This document shows positions 39,201-51,000 of a DNA stretch of 64,000 nucleotides, piece after piece (position 1 is the first letter of the stretch; each line of letters opens with the position of its first letter). Origin of the DNA: Azolla caroliniana (lineage: Eukaryota > Plantae > Polypodiophyta); contig JBHGNT010000022.1 of assembly GCA_043228905.1 (NCBI GenBank), forward strand, positions 4,588,001 through 4,652,000. The letters are read 5' to 3'. The notes below the pieces were generated by a model. The model was given only the letters and a program-made list of their open reading frames with translations. It ran no database searches and was not told where the DNA came from. Made by a program: the position numbers and the translations under genes.

Positions 39201-40549
39201 GACCTCTCTCAAACCAATTCGGAGGAAGAAATTCCGAATGTCGAACCTAATTTGACCAACAAGTCAAAAGCCGATTTTGAATTGGTTGAAAGAACGACTA
39301 GAGCTGAATAGACCAGGATGCCGACTGACCGATCCGAACCGACATCAACACAATTGAACTGATCAAGCACTTTCGGGGTAAGGGTAGATCTGACACGGAT
39401 GGGAGAAAATTACCATAGTGGATCCCATCAAGATCTCCTTCAACAAGTGGTTTCAAGACTTCAAACAATGTTGACTGAACACTCATCATGGTCAAAGAAT
39501 CTGAACCAATTAATTCGGCACCGAGGAGATTCAGAAGAGTCTGAAAGTTGACAAAGTTTTATCAACTGGGTTGGGACTACGTCAATTATACGGATGCATG
39601 CAAACTATGCTCATACGAAGAAGCTATCGCTGCATTGGATGCCGACACATGGCGATAAGCCATGATATCCGAGATGGACTCAATCAAACAAAACGACACA
39701 TGGGAGCTGGTCGAATTACTAGCTGGCAGGAAGCCAATGCTTTGCAAATGGGTGTACAAAGACAAATATGTATCTGATTCAGATCACCCAGATATAAAGC
39801 TCAGCTCGTCGCAAAGGGATATAAACAAGAAAATGGTGTCGACTATGATGAGATCTTCTCACTCGTAGCTACGATGACATCCCTTCGACTCCTACTAGGA
39901 GTCGTCGCGACATGAGACTTCGAGGTTGAACAAATGGACATAAAGACGACTTTCTTGCACGGAGATATGGAGGAACACATTTATATGTCTCAACCGGCAA
40001 GCTTCATGGTGATGGGGGAGGAAGGTCACCTCGTATGCTAATTGAAGAAAAGCCTTTATGGCTTGCAGCAGGTGTCGAGAATGTGGCATAAGAAGTTCGA
40101 CGCCTATATTCGACAACTTGGATATTGTTGATCAGACTCTGACCCCTATATGTTAAGGGAAATATTCCAAGAGTCCAGGATATATCAGATCCTATACGTG
40201 GACGACATGGTTATCGCAAGTCGTGACACAACTGAAATTGGGAAATTGAAGTGGCAACTTCACGAGAAGTTCTCGATGAAGGAACTCGGCGAAGCCTGAT
40301 ATAGCTTGGGCATGATGATAGAGTGAGACAGGGCAAAGAGGATCGTACAACTTTCTCAATCTGATTATATCCAAAAGGTGCTGAGGTGGTTCAACATGGA
40401 CAAGTCAAAGTCCATACTGACACCTCTCCTAATGTTGATCAACTATCGGAGAGAGAGAGTCTCCCTCCACAGTGGTAGAGATAAAGTAGATAAGAAAGAT
40501 ACCTTGCACATTGGCAATAGAAAGTCTCATGTATGCGATGGTAGCCATA

Positions 40550-41445
40550 GATTGGGCTAAAAGTCCCACTCTACCCATCATAATCCTAGTGTGAACACAT
40601 CCTCACAATTAGGGCTTACTTACCCTAACTATAAAGATGAGAAACCTATTCACGTAAAGAAAAAGTTCGTGGGATTAATAATGCAACTATCTTCTTGAGC
40701 CATAACTGTGTAACTATCTCTCTCTCTCTGTATACCTTCTTGACAGGAATAATACCTCATACCTCTATGTCTTACTTTCTTGCTGAACTCCAAACATAGA
40801 AGTTGAACAAGACACATTGAGTGCCAACAAACTGGTATCAAAGCGATTAAGATTTCAACAACAACAACACAAGGAGGAAAATCAACTGAAGGAAAGAACT
40901 AGGTCAAATACTCACTTCCACAAGAATGATGACCTTGACATCTGATACCAACTGCGAGATCAAAAAATTCGACGAAAAAAACTTTCCCCTCTAGAAGGAG
41001 ATGATGTAGGATGTATTGATCCTCCGTTGTCAAATTGAGGCCATTCGGCACAACAACAAGCCGACCTCGACGAATGCCGATGAATGGAGATATCTTGATG
41101 AAATAGCAAGATCAAACATTCAGATGCACTTGGCCGAAAATGTCTACTTCAACATGGCAAAAGAGACGATGGCATTCGCCCTATGGGAGAAGCTACAAGT
41201 CGTATACGAAAAGAAGTCAAGCTTATCAAAATTCATATTGATCCGACAATTATTCAATATGAAGATGAAAGAAACCGAGACGACAACCTCCCACGTCAAC
41301 ACCTTAAGCTGAGTGTTGACCGAACACTGCTCGCAAGGATTGAAGTTTGAAGAAGAAATCAAAGCCCTTGCACTTCTCTCGAGCCTACTGAAAAGCTGGG
41401 AAGTCTTCTGCAAGACGATCATGAACAACTCGACAAAGCGATCGG
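40550..41445 (+). mobile_element. Truncated Ty1/copia (Copia-D): LTR, PBS and 5' part of gag
   Basis: LTR ~40550-40829 ending tgccaaca and resembling the Copia-C LTR, PBS TGGTATCAAAGC at 40833-40844, and decayed gag (IKKFDEKNF, LWEKLQ..YEKKS, LFNMKM, ALALLSSL). Confidence 0.8.
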
Positions 41446-41593
41446 GCAGATCCTTGCAGCTTTTGTTGGTCAGTTTTGGTTGGTCTTTGTAAAGAATTAG
41501 GTAAGTAATTAAGAAAGGATTAATTAGTACCTAATTATGTGATTAAGTTAATAAGCAGAAGATTAAGTGATATGTGTGTGTATGTGTGTGAGA

Positions 41594-41596
<3 letters not shown>

Positions 41597-41629
<33 letters not shown>
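41597..41629. repeat. (GA)n microsatellite in an unassigned AT-rich spacer
   Basis: Directly visible. Confidence 0.9.
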
Positions 41630-41631
<2 letters not shown>

Positions 41632-41793
41632 CACTTATGAGCAACACAAGATGGGGGATGAGTAACTATATTAAATTAGCATTATGATGATGATCATAAT
41701 CAAATACAAAAATACCTACAATGAGGTATATATACATTATCCCTTTCCCATTCTGGACTTTATCTGGCTTTTAAGTCTTTGCTGGTCAACACA

Positions 41794-41809
41794 TGGCATG
41801 CCCGTGGGA
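41794..41809 (+). promoter_or_regulatory. Inverted PBS-like motif (tRNA-Arg-like) at the PPT position of Gypsy-B
   Basis: LTR end ...GTCAACA, then 2 nt, then TGGCATGCCCGTGGGA on the strand opposite gag-pol. No purine tract adjoins the 3' LTR. Confidence 0.65.
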
Positions 41810-41844
41810 TAGTACCTTGTACGTCGAATCCCACGGTTCGGCCT

Positions 41845-44687
41845 TCAATATTCCTCCAAAATGTCTAGAATGCTCTGGTCCAAGGGTTCTAAATGCTCAT
41901 CGGGTAGCTGCTTTGTCGTCTGTTGTTGTTGTTGTTGCTCCTGCTCCTCTGGTCTCTCCGGTTCCATTGGTCTCGAGGCTTCCGGTTCTGGTTCTGTTGG
42001 TTTGGGTTCCTCCTGCTGATGGTTTCCGGTGTGCAGGTTTTCATCCTTCGGCTGCTCCTCTGGAGTTTTGTTCAATTGGCTTCCCCCAGTTCCAGCTTCA
42101 TTCGGCGCCTGCTCTGAAGACTGCTCTTCGTCACTGATATTGATCGCCGTAGTTCTTTTGGCCACCTCTTGCCGTTGCCGTTCTCGTTCATACCGCTCGA
42201 ACTGGAGTTGTGTATCTAGCTATTCCACCAATCGCCTCACCGCTACCAATTGTTCCCTGGCTAACGATAGGAAGTCGTGCGACAATTCCTCCCTTATGGC
42301 TACAATGTTCTCCTCATCCAGTTTATAGAAATCGTCGCCGTCCTTCCTCCGGTTCTCCGCATCCGCTCTTAGTAATTGTAACTCCGTTGCTTGCTTAGCC
42401 CATTTAGACCACCATTGAACCGAACTTTCTTCCACCAATCTCTTCGTCCGGTTTCTCCATGTCAGCACCAGATCACGGATTCGCCCTAGCCCCATCTTCG
42501 ACTTATTCTCCGCGGCCTGTTTTTTGTCTTTCAATTGTTTGATAAGGCGCGTGGTTGTCGCTTCTTTGCTTTTGTAGTGCATGAGTTGTGTCTGATAGGT
42601 AGTCTGAACTTTGTTCAGAGCCATTGTAGCATATTTCATTTCCTCATAGTGCTGCTGGGTTAGCTCCATCCGTTCTTTCGCCGCTTCCGCCAGTCTTTTC
42701 GTTGCTTCAGCCCCCTTCGATTGTTCCTCCGTAGGGCCGCCTTTGTCCGTTTAACCTCATCCCGAAGTTCCCGTAACTTCTCCCACTGCCGGTCACTTTC
42801 GGTGATCAATTTCTTGTGTTCTGCATCCAAGTGTTTGTGATCCCGGTGTAGCCGATCAAAGTCGTCCGTTTTTTGTTTCAGCCTTTGATTGATCAGACGG
42901 CGAGCATAGTCTTCTCGGTCCTTTTGTTGTCAAATCTCTTCCTTGAGTCACTCGATCTCTACTTCTGCCGAGCGCCGGAGTTTGTCCTTTTCCTACAGGA
43001 GTTTTTCTTTTTCTTCCTTCAGTCGGTCATATGCTTGATAACCTTTTCGCAAGCTTTCTTTGGCTCGCTGGAGGCTTTCGGCTAATTTCTTTTGTTCTTC
43101 CTCCACCGCATTCTTCAATTCACGTTCTCTAGCCCTTAAGGCCTCTTGGGCTGCCAATTCTTCTTTTAGTGTGGCGAGTTCTTGTTCCTATGCCTTGTTC
43201 GTATCCGGGATTGTTTCAGTCACCGGGGCCTTATTATTCTGAACACTCACCGGTGCCACCGGTTCTAATTGTTTTGGTCCTTCGATGGCCAACTTAGCCA
43301 CCTCTTGTCTGGTCTTTTCCATTTCTTGTTCCATGCTCCGGATTCTCGACTGGGCCTTCTTTAGTTCTTTGATTGTGGCGAGCAACCGGTCCACGTGTGC
43401 TCTTTCTTCTGCTTCTATGTGGCACACCACCCCGGCCACTTGTTCTCCTATCCACCGTAGCCATTGGCTGCCGGTGCTTTGTTGCCGTGCTGGTTCTGGT
43501 CGTGGTGTGGCTTCCTCACTCGTCGGGAACCTATTCAGGGTAGTTAGCGATAGTTCCTGTTCTTGCTGTTGTTGATGTGCCGACGACACCGGCAATTCAA
43601 TCACCGGTTTTTGAACATCCGGTTCCGCTATTTCTTGCCGCACAGGTGCTTCTGACATCGGATCTGGTTGAACCGGTTCTGACTCCTTCCTTGGCTGCGG
43701 CTCCTCGGGGTAGGGCTTTGGTATACTGTCCTTTACCAGACTTGATTCCTCCCCCTTGTGGACCTCGTCGCGTGTATGTGTGCGATGTAATAGGTGCTCG
43801 ACAGGTTCTTCTTCCTGCTCCTCCTCTAGGGTTCCGTTATTGATTAACGCCGCCAAGGGGTCTTGCTCCTGTTGTTGTTCCGATTGCTGTTTTGGCCGAC
43901 GCAACTTAATTTTTAAGGGTCTCACCGGTGTTTCCTTCTCTGCCGCACGCTTTTGACTAGGCTGCTCCTTCGCCTTCTGTGAGGAACCGGCCGCTTTCCA
44001 TCCGATCGCTTGTTTAGCCAGGAGTTGCTGGCTTTTTGAAGATTGATTGGGGGTTGATTCAGTTGATCTCCCCCGCTTCTTCAGTTGTATCGGCTCTACC
44101 GGCAGCCCTAAAAGAGTGAACCATTGCGCCACCGCCGTCCACATCTTCTTGCCATCCTTTACTGAGTCTATGGCTACGCTGAGAACGTCAACGTTGATCA
44201 CCGGCGGCCAATCCACCTCTACTCCCTCATAAGTTGCTAGAATAAAACCGGCTCTGTTCTTTGGCATAGCCGGGGGTCGAGGGTGTACATGCCCATACTC
44301 ATGAAGCACACGAGTGACTTCTCGGAATAGAGCGTCCTCGCCGCCTTGCGTGCGGTACGCCTTGTTGGCAAGGGAGTACTCACCGAAGAACTTCGTGAGC
44401 ATCTCCGGTGAAGGGTTGTTGATCGAGAATATTCCGCCCTCTAGTAAGCTGGTCATGGTGCAGATGGCCTCTTCTGTGATGACTTCTGTATCGATCTCCT
44501 GCACGACTTTCTCCGCCTCGCCATGCAGAGGTGCCTTGACGATTCTTAGGAACCCTTCCAACCTGTGTTGCTTGAACCATTTCTTGGCCACTTCCAAGAG
44601 TGCTATGTGTTCCATATCGTCGTCTGAGTCTGTGGGACTTGGTAGAATTGGTACGTCTGTGCGTTCTTCTTGCGTTCGTCTGATCAC
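41845..44687 (-). pseudogene. Gypsy-B extra ORF of unknown function (~950 codons: globular N-terminus, P/E/Q-rich linker, long coiled coil, conserved C-terminal block)
   Basis: ORFs 43188-44687, 42220-42669 and 41845-42165 lie between integrase and the 3' LTR on the coding strand and are homologous to 48433-50553. Confidence 0.8.
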
Positions 44688-47600
44688 TCTTAATCACTTG
44701 TGTACGCTTAGTGCTCTGTTCTCGCGAAATGAGAGGGATTTTGCGAGGTGGAGGTTTTGTCTCTCCATGTGTGCACTTAGTGCTCTATTCTCGATTCCCG
44801 TGCATGCGAGGCGGAGGTTTTGTCTTTCCATGTGGTTGACACGTGGTGGGCTTTTAAATAGGCTTTAATTAGCCACCAACTGCATACCTTTTCAAAGTGC
44901 CCGTTCGCTCCTCGCCTATGCATGATGATGTTTTTTTTTTTTAAAGCATTAGTCCCGGTTGTCTGGTAACACTGGCTCCTCTTGGTTGCCGGCCAATTGC
45001 TTGCCGCTTCCAGTTACCGCGTCGGTCTCCACCTGATGGAACGGGTTTGGTGGCATGGGCATGTAATAGGGTTTAAGCTGGAACCCATTTACCCATTTGT
45101 CCAGTACTTCGCCGGCAAGCGTGCTTAACTAGTAAGAACCGTTGAATTCTCGCGTGATCCAGTATGGTCTGGTCCACCGGAACCGTAGCTTGCCTGGCAT
45201 CTTACCCATCCGGGTCTGAAACACGGGCACGGGCTTGCTGATTCCGAAGAATTTCTCATTGCCCTTCCGGTGCTGGTCAACGAATGCCTTCCTTCGTCGC
45301 TGCTCCAGTTCCAATTGCATGATACTAGCTATTCGATGCTCTTCCAGCTCACATAGTGCAGCCAATCGAATTTTCTTTGATTCCTTTTCACTCAGTTGCT
45401 CCTGGACCAATATCCGTAAGCTCGGTACTTGAAATTCAATCAGCATTACCGCTTCTAGTTCGAACGCTAACCGGAATGGTGTCGTCCTGATGCTCGTTTT
45501 ATACGCCGTCCGGTAAGCCCATAATGCACTGTGCAACTTCGTGTCCCAATTGGTCCAGTTCTCATTGACGATCTTCTGGAGGATGTTCTGTAGTGTCTTG
45601 TTGGTGGACTTAGCTAGTCCATTGGCCTGTGGGTAGTACGGAGTGCTGCGCTTGTGTACTACCGCGTAGAACATTGTTAGGCTCTCCACTACTTGACCGA
45701 GGAAGTGTCCACCCTGGTCGCTAATTAATTTGATTGGACATCCGTAACGGCACTCGATGTACTCGTAAAGGAACTTCGCCGTTGATGCCGTGGTATTGTC
45801 TCACAAAGCCTTGGCCTCTACCCACTTGGTGCAATAATCCATAGCGACAATGACATATCTGTTGCCGGTTCGCATGGCTAGCGGCTTGAATGGTCCGACG
45901 AATTCCAGCCCTCATTTTTGAAATGGTTCCAAGGGTAGTACCGGCTAGTGAGGCATCCGCGCCTGTTCTGTCGGTTGGCCCATTCGTTGACACAAATCAT
46001 ATTCCTTCGTGTATCGGACCAAATCTTTCAATGTTGTTGGCCACCATAGCCCACTGCGCCATATCTTCCTTGCTGTAGCTTCACCGGCATAGTGTGCTCC
46101 GGCGACTCCGCAATGTGCTTCCCGTAATATGGTGTCCTTTTCATCGCTCCGCACCGCTCTCCGCCATATTCCATCAGCTCCCTTGCGGTATAGGGTGTCT
46201 TGTAATAAACAAAAATGTCGGCTTTGGACCGCCAATCGTTTCTGCTCGTCTCTGTTCATCTCTTCCGGCGGTAATCCCATGCTTGTTCGTTACCCATTTG
46301 TCCTCGTCCGGAACTGTACTATCCGTCGTGGTTTCTGTTGTAATTTTAAATAGTTCGGCATCCGGAAACTCATTTGGTACGCCGTCACTGGTCTCGCCGG
46401 TTTCTAACCGGCTCAAATAGTTGGCAATTGCGTGTTGTATACCCGGTCGGTGATAAATTTCGAACTCGAATTCCTGTAGTAGCAATGTCCACCGGGCCAG
46501 CTTACCTGTGAGGGATGCCTTAGAGACCAAGTATAAAAGTGCGGAATGGTCTACGTGAAATGAAAATTTATGGCCCAACAAATAGTGCCGGAACTTTGTG
46601 ACACTATAAATCATCCCCAAGGCCTCTCTTTCCGTTGTGGAGTAATTTCGTTCCGCTTGTGACAGTTTCCGGCTCACATAATATACTGGCCGGTACCACT
46701 TGGGTTCGGTCAGATGCATAAGTGTGCTGCCGATTGCTATGTCTGACGCGTCGACAAACACATGAAACTCTTTGGACCAGTCTGGGGGTTGTACTACCGG
46801 TGCTTTCGATAGTAGTACTTTTAGCGCGCGGTAAGTGTCATCCTCTGTAGCCGTCCATTGAAACGGTGTCCGGTGAACCGCAACATGCAGCGGTGTTGCA
46901 AGATCTGCCAAATACTGGATCATCCGGCTATGCCACCGGATTTTTCCTAAGAATTTGCTTAATGCTTTGGCCGTCGTTGGTGCCGGTGCCTCCAGAATTG
47001 CCTTGACTTTGTCCGGGTCTACATCCTATCCTTGCTGACAATATGGCCAAGTAGCGTACCACTAGTCACCCCGAACACACATTTTGCTGGGTTCAACCTT
47101 AGCCGGTACGCCCCTGCATTTCTCTAGGCATAACCGGAGATGGTCCAGGTGTTCCCCTTGCCGGCTATACACCGCGAAGTCGTCTAGGAACACCTGCATA
47201 AACCCCGGGATGAACTCTCCAAATATTTCCATGATTATCCGTTGAAAGGTATTCGGCGCCGCCTTGAGTCCAGACATCATCACTATGGCAACAAAAACTC
47301 CCCACTCGGTAACGAACGCCGTCTTTTCTTGGTCATCGGGGTGCATCCATATTTGATTGTAACCGCTGATTCCGTCTAGGAAGCTATATACCTCATGACC
47401 GACTACCGTGTCCAGAACTCCATCCGCGAATGGAAGTGGAAAGGCATTAGTCACCGTCGCGACATTCGGTTTCCGATAATCAACGCACACCCAGATCTTC
47501 CCGTTCTTCTTCGGCACGATGACTATCGGACTCAACCATGTGGCTTTCTTTACCAGCCGGATTAAACCGACTCGGAGTAACTTGTTGATCTCTTCTTTTA

Positions 47601-48045
47601 CCCTTACTGCATAATTAGGCTTCATTCGGTAGCGCCTTTGTGCTACTGGTTTGGCGTCTTTGCTGAGATGTATCTGATGTTGATACAACTATAGATCCAG
47701 CCCTTGCATATCCTCATAGGACCAGGCAAATACATCCTGGAATTCTTTCAATAATGTAATCATTGCTGTTTTGTTTTCTGGTGACATTTCTTTGGCAATA
47801 TGTACTAGTTGTGCTTCCTCTTCAGTTCCCAAGTTTACTTCTTCTAGCTGGGATGCCTTCATCCTTTGAGATACCACCATTTCCCGTTCCAGGGCCTCTT
47901 GTGCTTGACGTAGTTCTCTGACGGCCTCTCTATGTGGTTCCTCTCCGGCATCTTCCGGTTGTGCAATATACAGAGAGACTGCTTTGGCCACATCTATTTC
48001 GAACAAGGGTACGATTTTTGGATTATCCTCGAGATACAGATCAAT

Positions 48046-51000
48046 TCTTGCCGATTAGGAACACTGTCCGCGGTCAGTCCTTCGACCTAGACCTCCAAGT
48101 GGGTGTGGAACAACGAATAGGCGTCTAAGCGTAATGCGTAGGGGAATGTTCCCTGTAACCTATCAGCATATAAGAGAGGCGGCTACAACTGAATCCTTAG
48201 CAAGGGTTACACTTACGTTCTTACACGCTCAGGTATTCAAGACACACATAGTGGATTAGCCGTAGCTATACACAGAAAATCAGAGAAGATAGAATTCTAT
48301 TATGAGACGTTTCTTTACATTCCCAAAATTACACGCTCCCTCTATCAGAGGTTTTCTGCCCTTTATATACGCAGGGTCTATTTAGCCGTTCACGCTTCCT
48401 GCGTGAACTGTTACATGCGTTATGATCTTATATTATTTCTTATTCCTACGCTCTTGTCCGTCGGTTACTATTCCGACGGACAACACCTGGCACGCCTCCT
48501 GGCTTTCACCAAAATCATCTAAGAGCTGCGCGAGTTCTTCGGATTGTTGGTTCACTAGCGCACGATAGTCTTGCGCTAGGTCCTCTCGTACGGCCGCAAT
48601 GCTCTCCTCATTTAGTTTATAGAAACCTCGGCCGTCTTTTCGCCGGTTCTCCCAGTCCGCACGATACGTGTGCAATTCCGCTGCTTGGGTTGCCCACGCC
48701 ATCCATCCTTTGTCCAACACCGTTTTCAATTGCGCTGTGAACCTCTCCCGATTTGTTTGGAGAAGGATACGCACGTTATCTGTGATGGCCTGGCAACAGT
48801 TGCGTGCATCCTCCATCGACTTCTAGAGGTTTGCAATTTCTTGCTGTTTAACCGCCGCCGCTTCTTCGTACGTGGCCTTCAGGCCCGCCCACAGTTGGGA
48901 TTCCTTTGCACGTTGTTCTTCTAATTTCCCCATTTCATTGTTTAGGCGGATTTCGAGCTGATGCCTTCTTTCTTGTTAGACCACCAACTGCTCGTCGAAC
49001 CATACCTTCTTTTTCTCTAATAAGGCCCGGAGTCCCGCGATTGCTGCCTCCGATTTCTTCGCGTCCTCCCGTAATTGGGCGTTGTCGTCCTTTGTCCAGA
49101 TGTGCTGAGCTACCTCCGTAGCGAGTTTCTCTTCAAGGGTTTTTACTGCCTTCCGGCCGTTAGCCCGTATCTCCTTCTCTCTGTCTGAGGATTGGCGTAG
49201 TTCCGCTCGAAGGCGGTTAGTTTCTGATTCCGCTAGTTGCACGACCCTTTTCGCTTTTGAGGCGATGGCGGTCTGAGCCTCAATTTCTTCTTTTAAAGTG
49301 TCGATGGCCTGGTTTGGTGGTGGAGTTGCGTGTTGCGCCGTAATCGCGTGAGCTTCCAACTCTGCGATGCATTCGTTGGCTTTTTGTAGTTCGACTTGGG
49401 TCAGTTTCACCTTCTTCCAGACATTCTTATTTTTTATGGCCATCTCCTTGGCGCCCGTGCTAACCTTTGCCAGTTCCCGATGGACTTTGACTAGGGCCGT
49501 GTTTAATGGGGGTATCTCCATCCCCACTTGGCGTACCCCGGTGTTCCTTTGTCTGCCGACCCTGGCTAACTGGTCCTCATCGTCGCTTTCCGCCGTGTGT
49601 GTTAGGGCACGCTCGATCATCTGGCATTCCGCATGCTCTTCAGCCATTCGTTGGGCGGCTTTTACCTGTTGTGTTGCCAGGAACTCCATGAGCTCAAAAG
49701 AAGTGCCGAACTGTAAGAGGGCGCTGAACTCATGGGCCGTATCCGGGATATCTGGATATGCCAAAACCTCGCTTTCCGCCGTCAATACGGCTTTCCCTCG
49801 TTGGGACTGGGTCGTAATGATCGGCCGTGGCTCCCGGATGATTTCGAAGGTGGTATTGGGTTCCGTAGCTGCGGAGCCATCGCCTTCGGTCGGTGTCTCT
49901 GTCGCCGTGGGGACGTCTTTGACCAACCCCCGCCCATCTTTCCTGTCCAATCTACGCAGTTTCGGTCTGGGGCTATCCTGCCGTGTTATGGTGTCTGGCT
50001 CTGGGGCTGCTTCCCCGGAACGTGCCGGTTGTTCCTCCTGTGTTATCCGTGTGTCCGACTAGTCGGTAGTTGTTGTCCTCGGGTCTGGCTGGGCGGGTTG
50101 GGGTTCCTCTTCCCACTCTGGGGCCGCTAACGCCGCTAACCTGCATTTCGCGGATCGGGGCGGGGGCGTGGGTCGGTTGGGCTGCGGTGCCGGTAGGCCT
50201 CAGGGTGGGAATAGTACCGTAAGGTATTGTTGTATGATCGGCCTGAACTTTTTGCCTTCCTGATACGCGTGCAGGCGTTCCCTTAATGCTGGCCCTGTGA
50301 TGACCCCCCAATCGATCACACGCCCTTCAAAGGTATCGATAATGATGGCCGCCTTCTGCTTGGGCATCCCATATGCGTTGACATGTACGCATCCGACTTC
50401 TAGCAGGAACTTGGCAACTTCACAGAAGAAGGGATCCGAAATTTGCTTGGTTCTATAGGCCTTGGCGGAGGAGGAATATGGCCCGAAATATCGCTGCAGC
50501 ACCTCTGCAGTAGGGATTTCGAAATGCCTTTCACCTAGGGATGACAGGTCCAACTTCTTCCGGATGGAGGAGTTGGTGACGCCGAAAGCACATTGAAGCC
50601 GCCCCGTTTGTTTGTCGGCCGGTGATTCTCGTAGCGCCGACCCCCTTTGGCATAACTCGGATGTCCACGATAATCCTCATCCTCTGGCTCGTCCTCCTCG
50701 GAATCGTTGTGATTTCGGTGATTTCGGTGGTGCCGGTCCTCCCGTGGGTTGCGATCCCTATACTGTGGTTGGTCTTCTTGCCTCCTTTGTTTAGTCCGGT
50801 GTGGTTGACGCTGCGTGTCCATGCTGCGGACTGCGGGAGTGGCTCTATGCAACATATTGTATTCGCATTGGTCGACTATGTGAGCCTTCGAGTGGCAGAT
50901 TGGGCAGTGGATTTGCATATTGCACTCCATTGCGGAATGCCTCGAGTTCAAGAAAATCGTGCACTGGATTGCTTGACGAAACTGGCGTTCCTCGTCCTGA

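Larger units (their letters stand above)
29726..39212 (-). mobile_element. 5'-truncated non-LTR retrotransposon (LINE, RTE/RTEX-like), split by the chromovirus insertion
   Basis: APE endonuclease (GSGGVAIL, DFNART, DH) at 37713-39212, RT (YRTI, GFR, FVDFRKAFD, GVKQGCPLSP, LLYADD) at 36528-37743, C-terminal RISSHQLEIENGR...CRLC...EDEYHF...CP at 29910-30617, and a (TTTC)n-type tail at ~29726-29754. It is frameshifted and no TSD is visible. Confidence 0.9.
29201..40549 (+). mobile_element. Internally deleted Ty1/copia element (Copia-C) interrupted by the LINE; 3' end not recovered
   Basis: LTR 29201-29518 (tgttga...tcaaca) and PBS TGGTATTAGAGC at 29521-29532, then immediately the integrase C-terminus KCIFLGY/FGYRLW/DPENRKLIRS. 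It resumes after ~39212 with RT motifs SEMDSIKQNDTWELVEL, QMDIKTTFLHG, YVDD and SLMYAM. Confidence 0.8.

Noticed and set aside
41845-44687. Extra ORF as an envelope gene (endogenous retrovirus)
   Set aside because: No signal peptide or hydrophobic transmembrane segment is visible, and the protein is charged and coiled-coil-like.
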